From the IMG/VR virus record IMGVR_UViG_3300032038_000005, positions 1 to 64,000 of that record: a stretch of DNA of 64,000 bases. One strand, written 5' to 3'. The position numbers and the translations under genes were made by a program. The notes beneath the pieces are model-generated. The model ran no database searches. It saw nothing but the letters and a program-made list of their open reading frames with translations, and was not told where the DNA came from. Of this stretch, positions 30,682-40,766 are shown in pieces; the stretch's first letter is position 1; each line of letters opens with the position of its first letter. Origin of the DNA: a virus. Its lineage: Duplodnaviria; Caudoviricetes.

Positions 30682-31614
30682 ATGCCACTTATCTCAGGTA
30701 TCGCTGCATTGGTTGGTGCAGGAACAGCGGCATGGAAACACATTCAGGATGACAAAGCTTCAAGATATCCTCCCGAATATCTCATGTACAAAGACATGAT
30801 GAAAATGGCGAAAAAAGGATATCCGGTTGGAATGATGAATCAGATGATGAATTTGAACATGATGAACCAGATGAATCAAATGATGATGAATCCCATGTTA
30901 ATGAATCAGATGGGCCAGCTGATGTATCAACAACCAAATCCGCTTATGTGTCAACCGTTGCAACAACAACCACAGCAGTCTCAGATGAACAACCAACTGG
31001 TTCTGCTTGTACAGCAGATTCTTCAGCAGTGCCAGTTACAACAACAGCAGACTACAAATCAGATTGCACAGATATTACAGCAGGTGCAATTGCAACAACC
31101 AAAGGTGGTATATACGTCATCACCAGTCTCAGTCCCATCTGTTCCGGTTACACCTATGATGAATCCGCCTGTTGTCAATCCATTAATCAACTTCCAGTTC
31201 CAGATGCCGGATTGTTCCACATTACCAACCAAACCGATGTGGGATTCTCCAGCGGATGGCTCCAACACGTATCAACCATCGCAGTATCCCTTGGCAGTTG
31301 TCAAACCACCAGTTGTACAATTGCCTCCACCACCGCCAGTACAGCAACCGCAATTTTGTATGCCACCGGTGGTACAGCAACCGGTTCCTCAGCAAAAATA
31401 TGACATCAATTGGTGTAACACGCAGGAAGCATTGAATCGCCCCGTGGAAGCGGTGATATGTCCACCGAATCAGCCGAGTTTATCATGGGGAAACCCAAAT
31501 GCATTCAGTGTGGACAACACAGGATTGCAATCCTTTATCGATTATTGCGAGAGACAGAATCGGAATCAGCATCCCACACCCCCATCGTCAACCTACTTCG
31601 GAAATGGATGGTGA
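30682..31614 (+). CDS. Q/P/M/N-rich low-complexity protein with an N-terminal hydrophobic helix (310 aa)
   Basis: GAAAGGAG SD; MPLISGIAALVGAGTAAW, then MMNQ repeats, poly-Q and PPVVQ repeats. Confidence 0.8.
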   Translation: MPLISGIAALVGAGTAAWKHIQDDKASRYPPEYLMYKDMMKMAKKGYPVGMMNQMMNLNMMNQMNQMMMNPMLMNQMGQLMYQQPNPLMCQPLQQQPQQSQMNNQLVLLVQQILQQCQLQQQQTTNQIAQILQQVQLQQPKVVYTSSPVSVPSVPVTPMMNPPVVNPLINFQFQMPDCSTLPTKPMWDSPADGSNTYQPSQYPLAVVKPPVVQLPPPPPVQQPQFCMPPVVQQPVPQQKYDINWCNTQEALNRPVEAVICPPNQPSLSWGNPNAFSVDNTGLQSFIDYCERQNRNQHPTPPSSTYFGNGW

Positions 31615-31706
31615 TAAATATGAAGAACATCTCTTACGTACGGATACGAAGTCCTACCATCAAGAGAAGCAACCCGTAAACAAATTATCAAGGAGGTCAA
31701 TTGATT

Positions 31707-32078
31707 ATGTCAGCAGAAATGTCAAGTTTAAATGTAGCGAACCTGTTCACAGGAATGGAAGCAGGCGCTCGCGCAATGCAGGACGGTTATCAGGCAACAA
31801 GCGCAGTCCTCTCACAGCCGTCAGCAATGGAACAGCCGAGACGTCAGGATGGCTACTTCCAGTCTCCGGCACCGCAGTACTCCGGAGTACCGTATGGCGG
31901 TCAGCAGCCGTATCAGGCACCACCGACATATGGCTACGGCTATGCAGAAGCTGGATATGCCAATAACAGTGTACCGGGTCAGTTCACGAATCCGTTCATG
32001 CCACAGACAGCATCGAACAACATGAACAATCCGAGCGGTAACTACTGGGGATTCTTCAATCCCGCATATGGAAAGTGA
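31707..32078 (+). CDS. Y/G/Q/P-rich low-complexity protein (123 aa)
   Basis: AAGGAGGT SD; contains PYGGQQPY and TYGYGY. Confidence 0.8.
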   Translation: MSAEMSSLNVANLFTGMEAGARAMQDGYQATSAVLSQPSAMEQPRRQDGYFQSPAPQYSGVPYGGQQPYQAPPTYGYGYAEAGYANNSVPGQFTNPFMPQTASNNMNNPSGNYWGFFNPAYGK

Positions 32079-32087
32079 TGGTGTAAT

Positions 32088-32450
32088 ATGACACTTCAGG
32101 AATTATGCGATAGAATCGCGAATCCTGAGACCATCTATGTCAATCACAGCGAAGAGGTTCCTGATTATCTCGTGGAGCCTCTCAATGTGCTGGTAAAGCA
32201 GATGCGTCTCAAAGTGAAAAAAGCAGAAACAATCGAAGTCATCTATCTCCAGAATCAGTTCGACGACATGTCACGTGTCTATCATATCCTGGATGAACAT
32301 TACGATGGCGATGTAAACGACGCCCTCGCCACAGTACTCAGCAAGAGACTGTATGGTGTCGACTTCAACAACCTGAATCAGAAGGAAATGAACATTATTA
32401 AAGTATTGACCATTTACCTTATGATACTCCCTTATGTCAATGAGGAATAA
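32088..32450 (+). CDS. Hypothetical protein (120 aa)
   Basis: ORF within the operon, with matching codon usage. Confidence 0.7.
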   Translation: MTLQELCDRIANPETIYVNHSEEVPDYLVEPLNVLVKQMRLKVKKAETIEVIYLQNQFDDMSRVYHILDEHYDGDVNDALATVLSKRLYGVDFNNLNQKEMNIIKVLTIYLMILPYVNEE

Positions 32451-32472
32451 ACACAATTAGGAGGAAATCGTT

Positions 32473-33141
32473 ATGAGCAACAATACTACCCGTGAGAACA
32501 ACAAAGCAGGCTGGCAGCCGCTTCCGAACAAGTTCTATGAAATCTCAGTCGGTGACATCCAGAAGTATCTGGAAGACTCTGTCCTCGGCTTCAAGATTGC
32601 CTGCGACTGGGAAAGATGGACTGGCGTAACTGCATTTGCCGGTTATCTCCGCATGAGAGTTGTTATCAACCCGAAGGATATCGAAGTGGAAGACAAGTCC
32701 AACGAATATGTTGACAAGATTGTCCGTCAGTATTCTGCTGAGAGAAACCTGGATAAGAACGTGATGGAGAACCTGACTCCCTTTATGTATCCGGGCAACA
32801 TGAGACAGCTCTACATGGAGCAGAACAGACAGATGCTCCAGCACCTGAATGAGCTTGGTGTTGTTGGTGAGAAGCTGGATGAACTGGTACGTTATTCCAG
32901 AATTAGCTTGGCAGTTGACCCGAGTTCCGGTAGACCGTATTATCGCCTGTACCTCAGACCGGAAAGAATCATCATCGACGGCTTGACAGACGCCGCAACA
33001 GACAAGGTTCAGGGTACACTCTTCATTCGCAGAATCTATGGTACCAAGCAGGAACAGTTCCGTGTGCTGGTGGAACGTGTCATGACAAACAATACCGTGA
33101 CAAATGACCTGAGTGTAGACCAGATTTTCAGACTCAGATAA
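32473..33141 (+). CDS. Hypothetical protein (222 aa)
   Basis: AGGAGG SD; strongly biased codons; followed by a hairpin. Confidence 0.8.
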   Translation: MSNNTTRENNKAGWQPLPNKFYEISVGDIQKYLEDSVLGFKIACDWERWTGVTAFAGYLRMRVVINPKDIEVEDKSNEYVDKIVRQYSAERNLDKNVMENLTPFMYPGNMRQLYMEQNRQMLQHLNELGVVGEKLDELVRYSRISLAVDPSSGRPYYRLYLRPERIIIDGLTDAATDKVQGTLFIRRIYGTKQEQFRVLVERVMTNNTVTNDLSVDQIFRLR

Positions 33142-33161
33142 TCGACACCATATCAAGAAGC

Positions 33162-33184
33162 ATGGTGGGGCTTGTCCCCACCAT
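33162..33184 (+). terminator. Terminator-like hairpin
   Basis: ATGGTGGGG-CTTGT-CCCCACCAT. Confidence 0.55.
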
Positions 33185-33205
33185 CTCGCTTCTGTTTCAA
33201 AAGAG

Positions 33206-34303
33206 GTGATAACTACGAACGTGATCGAACTAAATGAAATGCTGGATTTGATCAATCGTTTTTTTCGTAATACATCGACAAAAACATTGACGATTGGTGG
33301 AATTGTTGGTTCTCATCCATTATCCCATGTGATGGATATTGCAACGGGAATTGTTCCCTTTGAACAGATCTTGATATTGGAAGGATGCTCCGACTTTTGT
33401 TATCTACCGAAGCGATTCATTTCCAATTACATTCCATTCTCATATGTTTTTTCTGATGTGATTGTGGAACATGTACAACCAGAGACATTATTTCCCATCA
33501 ACTTTTATCAACAGAATCTCCCATATGTCAAAACCGTGAATGAGAAGTTGATCAATCATTATGAGATGATCATTATCAACAATGCACATTTGATTGATGG
33601 GGAATTGTTGCAACAGTTGATCAATACCTTTCCCCGGAAATGTGTTGCGATTGTTGACCCATATGATATTGGTGGAGAACAATTTATGGATGTTCCCGGA
33701 ATTGTGGATTGTTTGGAGAAGCAATCACCAATCATTGGTATGGCTCGAAATCTATGGGGTATCAACACTCGTGCAATCGACAAACATGCCCGTGGTTCTG
33801 TCTCTACTGGAAAAGTCACACGAAAAGGAATTGGTAAACTGGATGGGAGAATGTATGTATGTGATGATCATGAGTTCATCACAACTGCACAATCACAACA
33901 ACAGCGACAGCATCTCAGAAAAGGACAACGATTTTTCATTACGGATGACCGATCCTTTACTGCACTCGATGACGCAAATCAATTGCATGTGTTGACAAAG
34001 AATATGATGCTGATAATGTATCGAGCAAATACAACATCTCCATTGCCACAACAATTCCGATTATATCACGCAAGACATATCATTCGATTGGAAATTGCAT
34101 ATGACAATATGAGACATTATCCCAATGAACATGATTACCATATTAAAGTAAAACCGGCAAATGTATTGTCCATTGCAGAATCCCGATATCATCGCTATGT
34201 CAATACAGCATTGGTATGTACAAAAGAAATCTCAACACGAGAGTTGTATTCTGTCATGAAGAACTCGATTAACTTAACAATCTGCAAAGTAAAGGGGATG
34301 TGA
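33206..34303 (+). CDS. Catalytically degenerate RecD2/Dda-like SF1B helicase (start uncertain)
   Basis: Colinear remnants of the SF1 motifs: GGIVGSHP (I), IIINNAH (II), VDPYDI (III), KQSPII (IV), VLSIAESR (V) and LYSVMKNS (VI). Confidence 0.6.
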   Translation: MITTNVIELNEMLDLINRFFRNTSTKTLTIGGIVGSHPLSHVMDIATGIVPFEQILILEGCSDFCYLPKRFISNYIPFSYVFSDVIVEHVQPETLFPINFYQQNLPYVKTVNEKLINHYEMIIINNAHLIDGELLQQLINTFPRKCVAIVDPYDIGGEQFMDVPGIVDCLEKQSPIIGMARNLWGINTRAIDKHARGSVSTGKVTRKGIGKLDGRMYVCDDHEFITTAQSQQQRQHLRKGQRFFITDDRSFTALDDANQLHVLTKNMMLIMYRANTTSPLPQQFRLYHARHIIRLEIAYDNMRHYPNEHDYHIKVKPANVLSIAESRYHRYVNTALVCTKEISTRELYSVMKNSINLTICKVKGM

Positions 34304-34956
34304 ATGTGAGACTATTTGGATTGGACATTGTAAGATGCTCTAAACGTGATATCAATGAAGAACAAGTTTACAAGAAAACGGTTGTGGAATTATACAATCA
34401 CATCGTAGACTTTTTGGAAATGTTGGAAGATCTGATGGATCCGGAATATCAGCAATTTGATGAAGAACAGCTTGTTCAACTCATGTTTCAAAAAACGGAG
34501 ACAATCTGCAAACTCATCATCATGTATGAACACAATAAGTTTTCCACACCAATCACCGCTGTTTCTATTTTGATGAAAATGAATCAGCTTCGTGAACATG
34601 CATCTGATTTGCAGAATTTCATGTTGCATCATGTTGCTGCACAAAATCATGTGGAAGATTTTGAACAGAACTATGAAGACGAATATCAAGAAGAGGTGAA
34701 AGATATTCGACAACAATATCAAGATGTGAATCAGAAGTATTGGCGAACCAAACGGCACATGCTTAAGATTCTGATTGCGGATATAAATCGAATGGCTTCC
34801 ATTGTTCAATATGACTTATTCAAAGTCATATTTGGTGTCGATATCATTCGCACACATAAACAACGCCACAAACTCCCTCATGGAGTTCCAGAATTCAAAG
34901 TTCAGATTTATCAAGATCTGAATCAGAATCAATCACCAAAGGAGGATATTATATGA
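34300..34956 (+). CDS. Hypothetical helical protein
   Basis: ORF overlapping both neighbours; GTG start at 34300 or 34306. Confidence 0.7.
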   Translation: MNVRLFGLDIVRCSKRDINEEQVYKKTVVELYNHIVDFLEMLEDLMDPEYQQFDEEQLVQLMFQKTETICKLIIMYEHNKFSTPITAVSILMKMNQLREHASDLQNFMLHHVAAQNHVEDFEQNYEDEYQEEVKDIRQQYQDVNQKYWRTKRHMLKILIADINRMASIVQYDLFKVIFGVDIIRTHKQRHKLPHGVPEFKVQIYQDLNQNQSPKEDII

Positions 34957-36728
34957 GTATTACAATTAATGAAGCAGAAATGATGGGTCAAGGCAAAATG
35001 GTGTATGACTATACACAGTATGGACATGACAATCACGTGAATGTGATTACAGAAGAGGCGTTCAAGCATCTCGTTACAGACACATTCAAAGTCATTACGG
35101 ATGTTCTCAGAGAGACATATGGTCCGTATGGTTCCACCATCATGATTTCAGAGAACAATGAAACGACAGCAACAAAGGATGGTTATAACATCTACAATGC
35201 TTTGTATTTCGGCCATCAGTATAAAAAGATGGTATACCTTGCCATCAAGAAGATTATCGAACGCGTCAACAATAACGTCGGCGATGGCACCACATCTTGC
35301 ATTCTATTAGCGGAGAAAATTTTCAATCGCATCAATGAGATTGTTAAAACATCCGAAGACAAGCGCAATGTTCAGAATGTACTCAACTTCATTGAGAACA
35401 ACCTGCAGTCATCGACAGAATTGGCCATTGATAGAAATGATGGTAATATGATTAAACCATTAACGGAAGAATCATTGAGTGCATTATTGATGGTGGCGGC
35501 AAACTATGATACGGAGTTAGTTGACCATTTGATGGATGCATTGCAACCCGTATGCAAAGAACCGAATGATCCTCGTACGCCAATTGTCTCCATGAACAAT
35601 GTCATCGTCGATTCTGCTGGTAAGTATGAGGCAAGTTCCACCACATACAAAACCCAAATTCTTCCCGGTGATTATCGTGTCAGAATTAACATGGATCCCC
35701 GTTTTGCATTGGCATTGGACAGACCTTCTACCATGAGAGTGATTCTGTATGACCACACTTTTGCAGAATCAGAGTGGGATGCCATTGAGACAGCATTTGG
35801 TAAGAATAATGATGAACCAATTATGATTATTGCCCGCACATTTTCTGCAGTGTTCATGAATAACACATTCGTTCGTCATTGTAAGAGACGTGAATTAGCT
35901 GGACTTCCAACCCCATATCGACTTGTGGAAATTGTATCCGGATATTTCCAAGATGAGATTCATGACTTAGCTGCTGTTCTCGGTACAAAAGCACACACGG
36001 TTCATGACCTGGCAATCGACAAAGATGAAGTTCCATTTGCGAAACTCTCCGTGTTCAATTATGACTGCCTGGCATTCTATGATTTAACATCCCCGGATGA
36101 ATATACTGAACTTCTCCGCATTGCATATTCTCATGAGAAAAGTTATGCAAAACGAACCCTTCTCAATGACAGAATTAATGCGTTAGAAATGAAGACGAAA
36201 GATTCTATCATCTCTGTCACTGCAGAATCGACATTGGAACAGAAACTGTTATCAGACAAACTGGATGACTGTGTGGCAATTGCCAAATCTGCATTGGAAT
36301 ATGGTGTCGTGCCGAATATGCTGCGATACGGATTCAAACGCACATTCCGTGTCTTTTTCAACAATGAAGATGAAGACTCGCTAGAATGGAAAATTACACA
36401 AGCTATTTGTGATTCCATTGAAGACCTTGCGGATGATATCTGGAAGTCCAAATACAAATCCCCGACAGAAGAGAGCAAGGAGAAATGGATTCGCCAGCAG
36501 CGAGCATATTTCTATCATACTGAAAAATTGGAACAGTCCTATGACATCATTACAGATGCTTTACTTCCTACGGAAGAACTTCCGACATCTGCACAGTATG
36601 ACATGGAGATTCTAATTGCTTCCATCTCCATTGTCAAGTACATCCTCTCAGCGCGTGCACTCATCTTTGATGCACATCTTGTACAACCGCAGGGTGACGA
36701 TGGACATTTCCAGTTCATGGGTGATTAA
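34953..36728 (+). CDS. groEL: Phage GroEL-like chaperonin
   Basis: TYGPYG, ATKDGY and VGDGTTS nucleotide-binding motifs; 591 aa. Confidence 0.9.
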   Translation: MSITINEAEMMGQGKMVYDYTQYGHDNHVNVITEEAFKHLVTDTFKVITDVLRETYGPYGSTIMISENNETTATKDGYNIYNALYFGHQYKKMVYLAIKKIIERVNNNVGDGTTSCILLAEKIFNRINEIVKTSEDKRNVQNVLNFIENNLQSSTELAIDRNDGNMIKPLTEESLSALLMVAANYDTELVDHLMDALQPVCKEPNDPRTPIVSMNNVIVDSAGKYEASSTTYKTQILPGDYRVRINMDPRFALALDRPSTMRVILYDHTFAESEWDAIETAFGKNNDEPIMIIARTFSAVFMNNTFVRHCKRRELAGLPTPYRLVEIVSGYFQDEIHDLAAVLGTKAHTVHDLAIDKDEVPFAKLSVFNYDCLAFYDLTSPDEYTELLRIAYSHEKSYAKRTLLNDRINALEMKTKDSIISVTAESTLEQKLLSDKLDDCVAIAKSALEYGVVPNMLRYGFKRTFRVFFNNEDEDSLEWKITQAICDSIEDLADDIWKSKYKSPTEESKEKWIRQQRAYFYHTEKLEQSYDIITDALLPTEELPTSAQYDMEILIASISIVKYILSARALIFDAHLVQPQGDDGHFQFMGD

Positions 36729-36737
36729 TGAAATGAA

Positions 36738-36755
36738 CCGGGGCTTCGGCCCCGG
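36738..36755 (+). terminator. UUCG-capped terminator hairpin
   Basis: CCGGGGC-TTCG-GCCCCGG. Confidence 0.65.
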
Positions 36756-36815
36756 AACATTTATTCAACTAACTTTTTGACATCAGGTTAGAAATACAAA
36801 ATTGGAGTGAAAATT

Positions 36816-38309
36816 ATGAAACAATTGAAATCTGTCATGTATAAGCATATCTGTTCTATCTTGGCATCTGACAGAACAGATTTAAAGAGTTCGCAGACAC
36901 AGGTGCTTTTTTCAAGAGTCTTATCTGAATACCCGTCCAAATCGGTATACTGTTTGGCAGCGCATCGACTCTTGTCGTACTTTGAACGCAGTGTCAATAG
37001 TGTCAATCTCATTTTGGAGATTATGAAAGATGAGGGAGAAGACGAAGAAATCATGGAGAACATTAAGTTCTTGCGTGAAAATCCATCCATCAAAAACCAG
37101 TCTGAAGTCATGAGTCTCTGTATGGTATTATCAGACTATGTCAAGTATGCAAAATTGTTAAAGGCGAAGAATTCGTTTATCAAGTCTTTGGATATGTTGG
37201 ATGACGATGAAGCCCCCATCAAAGAGACAGTCGACACCTTGTACAAGTTGTCCAATGCCATTGTGAATGCATATAATGTCACAAATGTATCAGCGACGCA
37301 ACATACCTTTGACACAAATGACAGAGATGCGATGAAATCGGTGATTGCATCAACATTGGATTCCCGTTCCGCAGATAAATGTATCATCACTTCGATCCGT
37401 GGATTGAATCAATTGTTATCTCCTGGATATCTGTCTGGTTGTTTATATGTGTATGCAGGATTACCCGGTAACTACAAATCTGGTATTCTGTTACAGTCAC
37501 ATGTGGACACGTGTCGTTATAATGAACATTTGAAGAACATCACAAATGGGAAGACACCTATCTCGATTTATATCTCGATGGAGAACACGATGGAACAGAC
37601 CGTTCGTAGATTGTGGAGCTTATTATTCCCAACGGCGGATATGTCCTTGTTTTCAGTTGATGAAGCATGTGATATGATTGCGAACGCTTTAACAGAAAAG
37701 GGAATTCGAAGTGTTTTGTTGTATTATGGATATCGCGAAAAGTCCACGGCAGATATTGCGAACATCATCCGTTCCTTTAATACAGATACAACAGAAGTCA
37801 TTGCACTATACTTTGATTATATCAAACGAGTTCGGCCTGCTCGTACAGATGCTGCAGCATCGGCATCAGAAAAGAGTGAGCTTCATGCGATTATGAATGA
37901 ATTCAAATTGATTGCGGTTCAGTTCAATATTCCCATCGTGACCGGACATCAGCTCAACCGTGTTGCCGCACAAGCTATTGACGATGCGGTTTCTCATGGT
38001 CACTTTGATAAATCATCTGAATTGCTGGGTCGTTCACAAGTTGGAACTGCGTGGGAAGTCATGGAAGTAGCCGACTTCCTCGGGATTATCAATATTGAGA
38101 ATGCGGGTGATAATAAGTATCTGATGATGAAAGCAGTAAAGCAACGTGATAAACAAAACGTACCAGAAAATGAGATTACGGCAATTCGTCATCCGTTCAT
38201 CTCCACGGATTCCTTTGCATTGAAACCCGATATCATGGAAAATTGTTCATTGTCCATACCCATCTTCTTCGGGAAACAGATGCAGAATTTCATGACAAAC
38301 AATATTTGA
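36816..38309 (+). CDS. dnaB: DnaB-like replicative helicase
   Basis: H1 AGLPGNYKS, H1a YISMEN, H2 YFDYI, H4 TGHQLNR and KQR arginine finger. Confidence 0.85.
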   Translation: MKQLKSVMYKHICSILASDRTDLKSSQTQVLFSRVLSEYPSKSVYCLAAHRLLSYFERSVNSVNLILEIMKDEGEDEEIMENIKFLRENPSIKNQSEVMSLCMVLSDYVKYAKLLKAKNSFIKSLDMLDDDEAPIKETVDTLYKLSNAIVNAYNVTNVSATQHTFDTNDRDAMKSVIASTLDSRSADKCIITSIRGLNQLLSPGYLSGCLYVYAGLPGNYKSGILLQSHVDTCRYNEHLKNITNGKTPISIYISMENTMEQTVRRLWSLLFPTADMSLFSVDEACDMIANALTEKGIRSVLLYYGYREKSTADIANIIRSFNTDTTEVIALYFDYIKRVRPARTDAAASASEKSELHAIMNEFKLIAVQFNIPIVTGHQLNRVAAQAIDDAVSHGHFDKSSELLGRSQVGTAWEVMEVADFLGIINIENAGDNKYLMMKAVKQRDKQNVPENEITAIRHPFISTDSFALKPDIMENCSLSIPIFFGKQMQNFMTNNI

Positions 38310-38409
38310 AATAATTTTATTATTTCAGGTATATGTATAATTTAAGTGAGAAGGAGACCTACTACGGTATACTTCGTCAAAAATCTTTATCATTAGGAGG
38401 AATGCTTTT

Positions 38410-39063
38410 ATGAGCATCTTACAGCTTCAGCAGCGCGTTTTGTCGCCGGATGCTGCAATCGACTACTCGACAGTCATCATGCAGTCTTATCCCTCATACG
38501 CAATTCAGCGCGAACCGTTCGTTGGTTTCAAGATTCTGTGCAGGGACACACAGGTCAACGGAAACTACAACATGCAGTACGGCAACTGCGAACAGAGAAT
38601 GAACCAGATTGACTCGTTTCTCCAGCAGTCACGTATTCTGATGGGAACAGGTGTTATCCTGAGAGCCACACACTTTCAGATGCCGGACGGTATTTGGGTC
38701 ATCACAATGCCGGTGCCCCGTAGCCAGGTGACGACATCTCTGAACAACCTGTTCAATGTGCTCCGTGTTCTGGAACAGCAGCTTGGTATTATTCTTACCG
38801 GTGACCAGTATGAGGTTTGTGTATCCGGTAGATGCCCGCTGAATGAAACGGAGACTATCCTTGGTTCTCTCTGTCTGCCTGAGAACTATCGCAGAATCTT
38901 ACAGCCGCCGTCAAACACACCGTACAAGGACGGCCATCTCATCCGTATCAATGACGTATATGCCTGCTTCCGCACCAGATACAGTCCTGGTATTGTTCCG
39001 GTACAGACATTGTACGAAATGTTGATGACAGTGAGCAGCTTGATTGCTGCCATCTATCGCTAA
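38410..39063 (+). CDS. Hypothetical protein (217 aa)
   Basis: AGGAGG SD; first gene after an AT-rich promoter-like motif at about 38325. Confidence 0.8.
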   Translation: MSILQLQQRVLSPDAAIDYSTVIMQSYPSYAIQREPFVGFKILCRDTQVNGNYNMQYGNCEQRMNQIDSFLQQSRILMGTGVILRATHFQMPDGIWVITMPVPRSQVTTSLNNLFNVLRVLEQQLGIILTGDQYEVCVSGRCPLNETETILGSLCLPENYRRILQPPSNTPYKDGHLIRINDVYACFRTRYSPGIVPVQTLYEMLMTVSSLIAAIYR

Positions 39064-39084
39064 TTTATTAAGGAGGAAATCATT

Positions 39085-39843
39085 ATGAGCAACTACAGTA
39101 ACAATCCGGATTATCCGACAAACGTGGGTTCCTTCGGAACCAACATCTTCCAGCAGAATCAGTCTGCAGGTTACGGCAACCAGTTCTACTACGGTGGAGC
39201 TGGTTATGGTACACAGATGGTGCCTGACACAGCAGCACGCAGAGCAGATGGTTTTGCAGTACAGCAGCCGGTACAGCAGTATCCTGGTAGCTTCAGTCAA
39301 CCTCAGCAGCAGGTACCACCGCAGTCTCAGATTCCCACAGGTGTTGGCCAGATGCTGAGCACACCGGAACAGGGTGTACAACCGTATTCAAGTTATCCGC
39401 CGAATAATAACACCCCGTCATTTAATAGCTTCATGACAGATGCAAGAAGAGCGGACGCACACATGGCACAGGCAGTCGGTAATAATCCGTGGGCACAGAA
39501 CCAGGTACCACCGCCTCCTGTTACCCAGAATCCCGGTTATGTTCCTCCTCAGCAGATGGGATATGCACCAATGCAGGGTGATGCAATGACGCAGTATGGC
39601 CCACAGTTCATGGGCAACAATCCCTTCGACAAATCCAAACAGACAGGTGGATGGACAAATCAGTATATGGCACAACAACCGTATGTACAGCAGAATCCGA
39701 CAATGTGGCAGAATCCCAATCAGGTACAGCAGCCTGCTCCTGTGGTATATAGCTTCCCGAATAACAATCCGATGGGAATGTTTCCTCAGCAGGGACCGAC
39801 ACTCGGCTGGGAAGCCATGTCTAACCAGAGCTGGAATAAGTAA
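39085..39843 (+). CDS. Prion-like Q/P/N/G/Y-rich disordered protein (252 aa)
   Basis: AAGGAGG SD; very few charged or aliphatic residues; GYG, NNPW, NNPF and QQP repeats. Confidence 0.85.
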   Translation: MSNYSNNPDYPTNVGSFGTNIFQQNQSAGYGNQFYYGGAGYGTQMVPDTAARRADGFAVQQPVQQYPGSFSQPQQQVPPQSQIPTGVGQMLSTPEQGVQPYSSYPPNNNTPSFNSFMTDARRADAHMAQAVGNNPWAQNQVPPPPVTQNPGYVPPQQMGYAPMQGDAMTQYGPQFMGNNPFDKSKQTGGWTNQYMAQQPYVQQNPTMWQNPNQVQQPAPVVYSFPNNNPMGMFPQQGPTLGWEAMSNQSWNK

Positions 39844-39857
39844 TCTCCGTAATGCGA

Positions 39858-39878
39858 ATGGGGTGCAACGCACCCCAT
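39858..39878 (+). terminator. Terminator-like hairpin
   Basis: ATGGGGTGC-AAC-GCACCCCAT followed by a T-rich tract. Confidence 0.6.
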
Positions 39879-39910
39879 CTCGCTTTGTTTTGATGAAAGA
39901 AGGGAAAAGA

Positions 39911-40753
39911 ATGGAACAAGAAATGCGGACGTTCCGTTCCCGTCTGAATAGTTTGCCACTTGAACTGAAAGTACAGCTTGGAGAAATCTCGTTCCAAAAG
40001 GGGATGTTACCGACATCCCGACGTGATAAGATTTCGGAATTGTTCTCGCAGTACAATATCGAGTTTAAGAATATTGGGACGGGTACAAACAGACACATCA
40101 TCAAATATGATGGTTATGTCATTAAGATTGCATTGGACAAAGAGGGAATTGCTGATAACAAACAGGAATGGGTCATGGCAGATAAGTTAGCACCTCATGT
40201 TGCAATGGCATATGAAATCTCAAAAGGTGGACATCTGTTAGTGTCGGAATACTGTCCGGCATTCTCCAACTTTTATGAATTAACATTATATCGTGAATCC
40301 ATTCGTGAGATTCTCAATGGGTGGGCATCACAATTCCTGATTGGTGATGTTGGGATTGTGGATAAGAACTATGCCAACTGGGGATTGAATAAAGGGAAAC
40401 CGGTATGTATCGACTATGCCTATTTGTTCCCGGTATCAATGAATATCTTCACATGTATTTGTGGTAACCGAGCTATGACTATGGACGATTCATTCTCCAC
40501 ATACAAGTGCATCAAATGTCATCGTTCTTACTCAGATGCAGAATTGAGAATGGCTATCACACAAGCAGACCGACTGAAAATGTTTGAGGACATTCCCGGA
40601 TTGGAGATGCATGATGTCGAAGAACAGCATCCTGTCGATATCAAATATAAGAAGCGGAACATGAATCCAGATTATCCAGATGACTATGAAGTCACAGTAG
40701 ATGCAATGCATTATCTGATGGCAACAGGTCAGTTCAATCCATTTAATGATTGA
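39911..40753 (+). CDS. Protein kinase-like enzyme with a C-terminal Zn ribbon
   Basis: Gly loop IGTGTNR, VIKIA lysine, NKQE, catalytic-loop-like GDV...NWG, IDYA (DFG equivalent) and CxC...CxxC. Confidence 0.8.
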   Translation: MEQEMRTFRSRLNSLPLELKVQLGEISFQKGMLPTSRRDKISELFSQYNIEFKNIGTGTNRHIIKYDGYVIKIALDKEGIADNKQEWVMADKLAPHVAMAYEISKGGHLLVSEYCPAFSNFYELTLYRESIREILNGWASQFLIGDVGIVDKNYANWGLNKGKPVCIDYAYLFPVSMNIFTCICGNRAMTMDDSFSTYKCIKCHRSYSDAELRMAITQADRLKMFEDIPGLEMHDVEEQHPVDIKYKKRNMNPDYPDDYEVTVDAMHYLMATGQFNPFND

Positions 40754-40766
40754 GAAAGGAGTTATT

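Noticed and set aside
39596-39910. N-terminal extension of the kinase in the ORF track
   Set aside because: It overlaps the prion-like gene and crosses a terminator hairpin; the purine-rich SD supports a start at 39911.
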